A stretch of 64,000 nucleotides of DNA from Octopus vulgaris (taxonomy: Eukaryota), in the NCBI GenBank assembly GCA_951406725.2, contig OX597821.1, forward strand, positions 67,890,001-67,954,000, written 5' to 3'. Under the pieces are notes generated by a model. That model had not been told where the DNA came from. It searched no databases and saw only the letters and a list, made by a program, of their open reading frames with translations. This document shows positions 54,303 through 64,000 of the stretch, in pieces (the first letter of the stretch is position 1; every line of letters begins with the position of its first letter). The position numbers and the translations under genes are program-made.

Positions 54303-54864
54303 GCAACTACAACAATAATACAAGCACATCGAATATGTTAGTTATAGCTATTTTCTGTCTTAACATAAGACAATTTGTCGTAAATGAAACACCTTGCTCG
54401 TGGATCTACTTTATCATGGGTGACTTCACTCTAATACACCTGAAACAATAACTGACACACTCTGAATACAAAACTTATTGTTGAATGCATTTGTTTTTCA
54501 ATGTATTCGTCTTTGATGTCATTCAATTTAGGTTCTGTCATATACTTTAGAGTGAGTCATATAATCGAATGTGAAATGGTGATTTGTTTTGTTGAATTAA
54601 AAAAAAAAGCAGAACCGATATATTTAAAAGAATAATAAGTCCATTTCTTATAACGTAGCTCCATATTTTGTACGCAGTTTTGATGTTCGTAGGCAACTGC
54701 ACCAGTTGAGAATCTTGCATGAAGTTTTACAATACGGCTTGCGCTTTAAAGGCAGGCAAGGAATGCTAACGCCAGTGGCCATTTTATCCCCTAGGAGTAG
54801 CAATGTCAGATATTAACAACTTTGAAAAATGTGGTGGTCGAACAAGTGCTACAATCAACGAAAT

Positions 54865-55075
54865 ATATTTATTTGTTTCAGTCATTTGACTGCGGCCATG
54901 CTGGAGCATCACCTTTACTCGAAAAAATCGACTCTAAGACTTATGTTTTGTAAGCCTAGTACTTATTCTATCGGTCTCTTTTGCCGAACCGCTGGCGTTA
55001 CGGGGACGTAAAGACACCAACATCGGTTGTCAAGCGATGTTGGAGGGACAGGCGCACACATACACACACACACAC
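54865..55075 (-). mobile_element. SINE family B, 3' part
   Basis: Reverse complement of the family B 3' half. Confidence 0.8.
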
Positions 55076-55205
55076 ACATTGATTAAGGTGTTCTTTTAGC
55101 AACCCCGTAGTTCTCAGTTCTATGCGGGCAGGAGATATTAAAACGGTAATGAATTGAAAAAAAGCAGTACCGTTATATTTAAAGGAATAACAAATTTATT
55201 TCTTA

Positions 55206-55732
55206 CTAGCAGTATCGCCCGGCGTTGCTCGGGTTTGTAAGGGAAATAACTATATAAGCATTTTTAGAGAGTTATAGCAAAAAAATGCATTAAAAATGGA
55301 ATAAAAAATTATGGTAATTTTTTTTTAAATCGTTGACTCAGTGTCTTCAAGCCATGAAGTCGTTGTTCTAAAAGAACGCTGGTCTCCTTGACAACGCTTT
55401 ACGACGTTGATTTCCTTACACTCCCTTCCCCACAGCTTCACGAGGGAGGGAAGAAGGGGGAGAAGCAACACAGGTGCAGGTGTGGCCATGGACGCCAACT
55501 CCGCCGCCATCGACACACGAAAAAATATGCGTTAAAATGGAAAAAAATGTTAAATTATTTTTTAAATCGTAGACTCATCGTAGACGCGCGCTAATACCCA
55601 GACGGGCTCGATATGAATCACGACTATAAGATACCCGAATTTGGTTAAACTGCACCACAAAATGTGGGAGTAGTTAGGAATCTAAATCGTAGGAGACAGA
55701 CACTCACACAACTACAGTTTTATATATATAGA
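55206..55732 (-). mobile_element. non-autonomous Helitron (527 bp)
   Basis: Minus strand starts TCTATATATATAAAA and ends with hairpin CCCGAGCAACGCCGGG then CGATACTGCTAG. It is inserted between A and T with no TSD, and an empty paralogous site exists at 54650/54651. Confidence 0.92.
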
Positions 55733-55834
55733 TAACGTAGCTCGATATTTTGTCCGCATGTGTGATGTTCGTATGCAGCTGCGCCAGTTGAGAATCTCGA
55801 ATGAACTTTTACATGACGGTTTGCAGTTTAAAGA

Positions 55835-55914
55835 CGTGGCACCTTGGCAAGTATTTTCTACTATAGCCTCGGGTCGACCAAAGCCTTGTGACGGAAACTG
55901 AAACAAGCATATCG

Positions 55915-55958
<44 letters not shown>

Positions 55959-56154
55959 CTTGTTCCTCCAGCATCGCTTGACAACTGATATTAGTGTGTT
56001 TACGTCCCCGTAACTCCAGCGGTTCAGCAAATGAGACCGATAGAATAAGTACTAGGCTTACAAGGAATAAGCCTTAGTGTCGATTTGTTCGAGTAAAGGC
56101 GGTGCTCTAGCATGGCCGCAGTCAAATCACTGAAACAAATAAAAGACTAAAAGA

Positions 56155-56155
<1 letters not shown>
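55835..56155 (+). mobile_element. SINE family B, 5'-truncated
   Basis: Matches the family B body and tail; followed by (GATA)n(GGAT)n at 56155-56290. Confidence 0.8.
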
Positions 56156-56196
<41 letters not shown>

Positions 56197-56518
56197 GGAT
56201 GGATGGATGGATGGATGGATGGATGGAGGGATGGAGGGATGGAGGGATGGAGGGATGGATGGATGGATAGATGGATGGATGGGTGGGTGGATACACTCAC
56301 AAATACATATAAGTAGTCATGGCTGAGAGGTTAATAAGCTCATCTAGCAATCACAGTTGAGTGTTACTGCGCCGTATCTTGAGGCAAGTGTCTTCTATTA
56401 TAGCCCCGAGCGACCAGTACGTTGTGAGTGAAATTCGTAGACGGAAACTTTGTGAAAACCCGTTATATCTATAAAAAATATGTGTGCGTGCGTGTGTGTG
56501 TGTATGTATGTATGTATG

Positions 56519-56600
<82 letters not shown>

Positions 56601-56601
<1 letters not shown>

Positions 56602-59160
56602 TTAGAATAACTTAGAAAGGTTTTGGCCAGTATTGGCCCAGGCCATGTCTAACTTAATAGCACCACCTGGTGAAGTCTTTCAGTTCAGGATTTGGGCACC
56701 AAGGCCCATTCGAGCAGAGAGTTATTGTTTGCGGAGACATATCCGGGTGTGGGTGGTTTGTCCGGGACTGTTTGAAGGAATTTGTCCAAAGACTTCTTGA
56801 ATTTTGTGTGGTCAGTTTCGTTTTTGACGTGCCCTGGTGTAATGTTGAAGAGAGCAGGTCCAATTGAGGTGAAATAGTTGTGCCGTATTGTCGTTATGTG
56901 ATGCGATTTAGATTTTTGTTGTGGACGGATGGCACGTGGTCCAAGCCTTGGATGCATTTTGAAGGTGATGCCAACATCATTCGGACAGTGCTGGTGGAAT
57001 ATTTTCCACATCATACAGATAATGTAGCGTTCACGGCGTCGTTGGAGTGAATACAATTTCAGCTTCTCTAGTCTACCCCAGTAGTCAAGGTCTGACATGC
57101 CATCTATCTTTTTTGTGATTGACCTTTGGGGAGCTTCAATTCTCATAATATTTTGTTTTGTGTAGGGAGACCACAGTGGACAGCATTATTCAAGGTGGGG
57201 TCGGGCAAAAGTGGAGAAGAGAAGGATAATAGCGTGGGAATCTCTCGACTGGAAGGTTCTGAGAATCCAGGAACACATTCTGCGGGCCATGTCAACTTTG
57301 CTGCTTATATGTGTAGCCCAGCTTATGTTGTTGTCCACTGTTACTCCCAGGTCTCTGATGTTGTTGGATGCCATGAGAATTTCTCCAGAAGGAAGAGAGT
57401 ATGGGAGTTTCAGAGCGTCCTCCCTTCCAAAGTGGATCAGTTCAAATTTGTCTTCATTTAGCAACATGTTATTCTTTTCCGCCCATTGGACAACAGCCAG
57501 TAGGTCTGACTGAAGGTTTATTCGGTTATCCACGCCATTGATGACATTCTGGAGCTTGGAGTCATCAGCGAAGGTTCTGATGTTACTGTGTTTGATGGTA
57601 TCAGTAATATCATTTATGTAGATGATGAAGAGAAGTGGGCCCAACACAGTGCCTTGTGGGACACCACTGCTGACTTTGGCTGGGCTGGATTTGACTCCTT
57701 CGACTACAACATGTTGGGTTCTGTTAGACAGGAAGCACTTGATCCACTGCAGCAACTTTCCAGTGACACCAATATTGGACAGCTTTCTCAGAAGGATCTT
57801 ATGATCAATCCTGTCAAAGGCCTTGCTGAAATCAAGGTAGATGACATCAGTGTTGGAACCTTCTCCCAAGGCTCTCAAAATGTCATCAAAATGATGCAGT
57901 AGCTGCGTCAGGCAATCTCTCCCATTACGGAATCCATGCTAGTTGGGGTTCAGCATATTATGACTCTCAAGGAAGTGAGTCATACGCGATCTCAGCACCC
58001 TCTCAAATACCTTGATGATATGAGAGGTGAGTGAGATTGGACGGTAATTCACGGCAAGCGATTTGTTTCCTTTTTTGAAAACTAGGACAACAGACTGGGA
58101 TAGAAGGTCTTCTGGTATATATCCAGCATCCAGTGAGTTCCGCCACAGATTGGCTAGAGGGGGTGCAAGTTGGTTTTGACACATCTTCAAGACACAAGCA
58201 GGGAACATATCGGGACATACTGCTGAATTATGCTTCATTTCCTTTATTGCTGCTAAGACATCAGGAGCGCCAAATGTTATGTCCGATAAAGTGTATTGGG
58301 GACACTGATACAGCCCAGATCAGTCATATCAGGATTGCTGAAAACAGAGCAATATTGTTTCTGCAATATCTCTCCCATGGTTTTGGCATTGTCTTGAAGA
58401 GTACCATTTTCATCAATCAGAGGGCCAACAGTAGAACCAGTGACTCTGTGTTTTTTTGCAAATGAAAAGAACACTTTGGGATTGAGTTTGATCTTCTCAA
58501 TGGCCCAGGCCTCTTCAGCTCTTCGCTGACTATTGATGATAGACATCATGTTGTTTTGGAGTTTATGTTTTTTAATCTCTAGCGACGAGATGGCAGTCAG
58601 GTTGGTGTGTTGCTGTTGACAGTATTTCAGCATGTTGATCTTTTTGTTGATTCTTTTAATTTTCCTTATGAGAGATTTTCTATTTCTAGGGATTCGACAC
58701 TTAGATTTGTTTGCAGATCTTAATGGGGTGTGTCTTGCACATATGTTCATGATGGTGTCTACAAGTGACTGCCAGGACTTTTTGATGTTAGTGGGTGTGT
58801 ATGTGTGCGTGAAGGACCAATCGACTTGTGCAAGATCATTATTGATCGCTTCCCAGTTTGCATTGTGGAAATCCATAGTGTCAAATGGATGAACAGGAGG
58901 GATGACATTTGTTTTGCATTTTGGCCAGTGAAATCTCAGATCACAGAGAACCATGTCATGGTCGGAGAGTAGGGTTTTCTCCACTGCAATATTGTGGATA
59001 GTATCAGTGTGATTGCTGAAAATTAAGTCTAAGACGTTTTTGTGACATCTCGTTGGTTCGAGTACCAGTTGGGACAAGAAGAAGTCATCCATGAAGTCAA
59101 GAAGCGATTCCACTGCCTCCCTGTCAGGGGTTGAGAGAGAAGAACCTGGCGGCAGACTGG
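56601..59160 (-). mobile_element. 5'-truncated CR1-group LINE (APE endonuclease end, RT and C-terminus), young
   Basis: LDLIFSN and SDH (APE end), YRPISLTSHIIKVFE, YLDFSKAFD, SGVPQGTVLGPLLFIIYIND and FADDSKL. Short 3' UTR ends in repeated TTCTAAG, and (TA)n flanks both sides. Confidence 0.93.
56685..59113 (-). pseudogene. LINE ORF2 (endonuclease and reverse transcriptase), disrupted
   Basis: ORFs 57939-58238, 57186-57878 and 56685-57146 share one frame, separated by single in-frame stops. 58277-59113 is offset by a frameshift. Confidence 0.92.
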
Positions 59161-60896
59161 TTTATATATATATATATATATATATATAAATATAAATACG
59201 TGAGTCTTTGTGTTTGTTATCCCACCACCTGACATCCAGTGTTGGTTTGTTTACGTCCCCGTAACTTAGCATTCGGTTCTGCTAAGAGACCGAAGAGTAC
59301 CAGTCTTAAATATAAGAACGGGGCTGGTGGGTGATTTCTTAGATTAGAACCTTTGTAGACAGTGCCCTAGCTTGGCTTCAGTCTAATGACTAAGTGACGA
59401 AATGAGAAAAGGGAGAAGGGTGAGGATGCTCTGATGGAACATATCTATGATTGAAGTGTTTCCCGCTATGACTAGCTACTTTTATTTCGTTTCGTTTTGG
59501 GGTTTTTTTTCTCCACGCGTTTCTTACTCTAGATATAATGATAAAATTTATTAGAGATTTGTGAACTATTTCTAGCAAGTTGCTCGACCATATAAATGCT
59601 CCCACACTGGCTCGTGAATTCTTAGCAATGTAAGTAATATTGCTTATAGAATCTCTAACATTTACAGAATATTTTTCTCAGGGTTCAAAAATACAAAAAC
59701 TTCACTGAAACGTAATCTAGTTATGGCGGATAGTAAATCTAGTCACGTATAGTTTTATTTTATTTTTGCTTTTGTGCTCTTCTCTTTGCCAGTAAAGTTC
59801 TGACTGATCAGCATGTTGTTTGTCGGACATTGTTGTCTTTCTATATATCTAAATTAGCTGACGTTTCGCTTACTAAATACATTTGATTTTCATTCTTTAA
59901 TACAGCGTCGTTTCTTGTTTCATATTGTTATTACAACTGCTACTGATGTTGTTATCATTGTTACTACTATTCAAATTTTTGTTCTTATTTGTTCTGCTGA
60001 TGTAGATGGTGTCTCCGTCCTTGTCGCTGTTAATGTTTCTATTGCTGTTGATGTTGTTACCGCTGTCTTTTGTTTCTATTTAACAAACCAAGCTAAAACA
60101 ACATTACTCTCCGTCAGGACTATTTCATAGTTGTAACTTTATTTTTATTTTCTTTATATACATATATTTTTTTTTCTGAAGCAAATAACAATGAAGTGAA
60201 ATGAAAGGTATATATCCGTTGTAAAATGATAGACACAGGTATAACATCGGACAGTTACCTTACCACGCAATGATAAAGAAAAAGAGACAGGCAAACAGGC
60301 AAATAGGCAGACAAACATACAAACACACCGTCCAGCCAACCGACCGACCAACTCGACATGTATACATTCAGAATCAATGGCTGCCTTTTGTATCGATGGC
60401 AAATTATGTTGCTTTGAAAGCCGGACGTAGCTGGCCTTATGCCATGGCAAGGTTGAAAATTGATCAACTGTCATTGTAGAAGCGATAAATTGCAACAGAA
60501 ACCAACCGGAAGATTTGTACAAAAAACTATTTAGTGTGGAAACTGATAATGGGATGTGTATCTAGCAAATTATACCTTGTGACTTTAGTGGCTTAGAATT
60601 TTCTTGCTAGAAAACATGAGGAATTAAAAGGAAACAAAGATATACGTGAAAGTACACGCATACGCACATACGACCATTCATACGTCTTTGTATATTGTGT
60701 ATGTATGCATATATAGGTATAGATATGTATGAATGTATGTATGTGTATGTGTGTGTATGAGTGCGTGTGTGTATTTACGTACACATATGCATACATGCAC
60801 GTAACCACATCTGTAGTGGTGAATGGAGAAGGATAAAGATGAGAAAGAAATATAATGAAAGGAAGAAAGACAGACAGAAAGAGGGAATGAAAGGAA

Positions 60897-60934
<38 letters not shown>

Positions 60935-61759
60935 AATAGACTAATGTAAAATTTTTCGATAAGGAAACGATATAAATTAGCCATAAAGTGATGCCCTTGG
61001 ACACAGGCTCGCAGGATCGATTCGTATTTGGCAACAACGGTGAAATGTTTCCAATATTCTATGTATTTGCCTGTATATGCATACATATGTGTATTTATGT
61101 TTGCTGAGTGAAGAACATTCATTTCTCTCAAAATCCATTGCTGCGTATTCTATTTCAAAAGAAACAGCTCACACTCTGCCAGCCTGCATTATACATCAAT
61201 TGGTGCCACGAAAGATATGATCTCTTCATGAACTCCGATTATTTGACTGTTGATAGCCGAAATACACTACTCTTGGACTAACAAGTTCACACACAACAGA
61301 AGGCTATGCATTTCCTTCATTCCGCTAAAATGACAGCCTATTCGTATCGTGCTTCGAGCACGCCGAAACTACGATGGACTCTGGTCAACATGGTTGATGA
61401 GAGGATTTCCGTGTTTATTTCTATCTTTCGTCCAATGGACGGTGCTGAGTTGTCAAACATTTAAACCAAATTTTCTCAAAACAACTTTGAGAAACACTGA
61501 TTTAACCTAAATTTGAAACACCAGCAAAAGGTAGACTTTTTTACTATTCCAAAGAAAAACGATTTTATTCACACAAGTATGCAACCGAAGATTTTAAAGT
61601 ACCAGTAATGATAAGGCTGTTGACTGGGAGAACACAAACATGGTTTAAACAGAAAGCTTGGCAGGAAAGAAATGTGTCTTTAAGCAATACAAGAACAACA
61701 AAAAATGGAAGGTGCGGTTATGTACAGGCTGACGGAAGAAAAGCAGGACAGAATCGGGT

Positions 61760-61933
61760 TTATCGCTCGCATTTTCACCTGGAATCGATTTTTGTAACTT
61801 TTTCAAGACTTATACACGCCCTGAAACCGTCGGTATCAACAAATCAAATTTGAGCGCAATCGGATGGAGGATGCCCGAGATCCTAGAAGACACACAGACA
61901 CACAGACAGACAGAACGGATTTTATATAATAGA
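61760..61933 (-). mobile_element. 5' end of a second non-autonomous Helitron-like family
   Basis: Minus strand a|TCTATTATATAAAATCCG followed by (TCTG)/(TGTG) repeats, the same terminal style as 55732. The 3' CTAG end was not found. Confidence 0.5.
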
Positions 61934-62663
61934 TAATCACTTTACACGTATAAAAGTATATATATTCAAGTAGAAAATTTAATGAACTAATACAATCTTC
62001 GTCATTCGACTTTACGGCTAATAGATCGACCCTGTTGTTTCCTAAGGGTTAAACATTCCCTGCAATTGTCTAAGACTTTTAATAATACTTTTAGAGTTTA
62101 TCTATATTCTCCTTTAATTATTATTTATCATTGTCATATTCTTTTTCTCGTTTTTCCCGTACAGGTAGATCAATGATCAACGGTCTCCCACTCGAGACAA
62201 TAAAATTTTCTTCGCGACCATGTATCCAGAACTACATTACCCAATATGTTATTGGGTGTTTTTCTTCATTTTCCGCTATTTCTTCGAAAGTTCGGTGTGA
62301 TATTATGGGGTATTGGTATTGGCTGCTATTTCTAGCGGATCAAGTGACCGCTTAGAAATTTCTTCGCGAGCTCGATAAAAGTATAAATATACTAAATAGC
62401 GTTGGAGTGCCTAATAAAACTATACGAGACATCGAAGCAAAACACTAACACCGAGAACAGCTTAGACGATTGGTCTCAATAAAGCATGATATTTAACTAT
62501 ACAATCACAACAACAGCAACAAATAAATGTATAAATTAAAGGGTCACATCTGCTGTAATTAATGATATTCCCTGAAGAGGTTTCAATCAACATATGTAAT
62601 TTGATTGCGAAAAGATGTAATTGAATTGGAAAATGAGTTCATCTATTATTATCCAGGTGCGGA

Positions 62664-62880
62664 AGGCGCTGAGCTAGCAGAACAGTCAGCATGCCGGACA
62701 AAATGCTTAACGGCACTTCGTCCGTCTTTACGCTCTGAGTTCAAATTCCGCCGAGGTCGACTTTGCCTTTCATCCTTTCACCGCCGATAAAATAAGTATC
62801 AGTCAAGCACTAGGGTCGATGTAATTGACTCCCTCCCCTCTTCAAACACCTGTTAGCCCTACGCCATAATTTGAAACAAA
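62664..62880 (+). mobile_element. SINE family A
   Basis: Matches the family A consensus. Confidence 0.8.
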
Positions 62881-62894
62881 TTATTATTCTGGTG

Positions 62895-63715
62895 CAGGCG
62901 TCAGTATGTAGTTAAGGATCTCGGTTTGCAACCACGAGGTTTCACGTTCAATCCTACTGTGCAGCATCTTGGGTGTGTGGCTTCTAGTATAGCCCGGCAT
63001 CGATCAATGCCTTATGCGAAAATTTGATAGAAAGAAACTGTGCGGAATGCCATCGTATGCGTAAATGTGCGTGGCTGTGAGTCCATGTGTGTGTGTGTGT
63101 GAATGTGTGAGTGTGTGAATGTGTGTGTGTACGTGTGGATGTGTGTGCACGTATAAATGTGTGGACTTGTGTGTGTGTGCGTGTTTGTACGTGTGAGTGT
63201 GTATGTGTGTGTGTGTGTGTCACTTTGAGGATGTGTGTGTACGTGCGAATGTGAGGGCGCATGTGAATGTGTGGACATGTGTGTGTGTGCGCGTGTGTGT
63301 GTGGATGTGTGTGTCTACGGGTGAATGTGCGGACGTATGTGTGTGTATATGTGGATGTGTGTGTGTGTGTGTGTGCGCGTGTGAATGTGTGTGGACGTGT
63401 TGTGTGTGTGTGTGTGTGTTTGAATGTGTGGATATGTGTGAGTGTGTGAATGTGTGTGCGCATGTGGACATGTACGTGTGTGTATGTGTGAGTGTGTATG
63501 TGTGTGCGTGAGTGTGTGTGTGTATGTGTGTGTGTATGTGTGTGTGTGAGATTTTCTTTGTATCTCTTCCCACACCGCTTAACAGCCGTAATCTATCGGC
63601 TCAGAATAAGTACTAGACTTAACAAGTAAGTATTTGGGGTCGATTATTCAACAAAATCCCTTGGGTTGGTGCTCCGGCATGGTCGTACTTCAATGACAGG
63701 AACAAGTAAAATATA
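62895..63715 (+). mobile_element. diverged SINE family B whose internal (TG)n has expanded to ~500 bp
   Basis: The 5' half (62895-63060) and 3' half (63570-63715) flank a degenerate GT-rich tract at the position of the usual internal microsatellite. Confidence 0.6.
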
Positions 63716-64000
63716 GAGGATCAAAGGTAATTATCAATCGTAGGAATAAAACTAATTGACGAGTTCTAAACAATGGTTCTACAAGAGACGGTATAACCTA
63801 ATACATGTTAGTGCCACCACACTAACACATGTTAATGCCACCACCACGCCCCTTGATCTCCTCTGGGAGAAACCATACACAATCTTTAGTTTTGGGTTTT
63901 GTTTCTGTTTTCTTTTTTGGTTCCAACATTAGTTTTAAATAGTAATTCCTGTATCTCTTCTGAATGGTAGTGCCAATAGCAGTGAGATAGAAATGTAGCA

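Overview
AT-rich, repeat-saturated eukaryotic DNA with no host gene I can support. The tRNA-derived SINE families, the density of (TA)n/(CA)n/(TATG)n microsatellites and the TE mix look like octopus (coleoid cephalopod) intergenic or intronic sequence; this is an inference. Almost all ORF-track entries are microsatellite translations. The real coding remnants are all mobile-element derived: a Penelope-like (PLE) GIY-YIG endonuclease, several mariner, Tc1 and pogo transposase relics, RTE LINE fragments, and a young 5'-truncated CR1-group LINE. There are also non-autonomous Helitrons, many SINEs and two unusual minisatellite or foldback arrays. The most interesting signal is a dispersed set of PLE-derived 3'-end fragments carrying minimal type-I hammerhead ribozyme motifs (six loci plus one partial, about five sequence families). 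Three of these loci are long inverted repeats that place a hammerhead motif on both strands, and most sit in (TA)n tracts. Other clean observations are a Helitron with its empty site preserved nearby, an RTE with a twin-priming-type 5' inversion, and a modular 10-mer/21-mer foldback array. Coordinates were read by eye, and SINE and relic boundaries are approximate.
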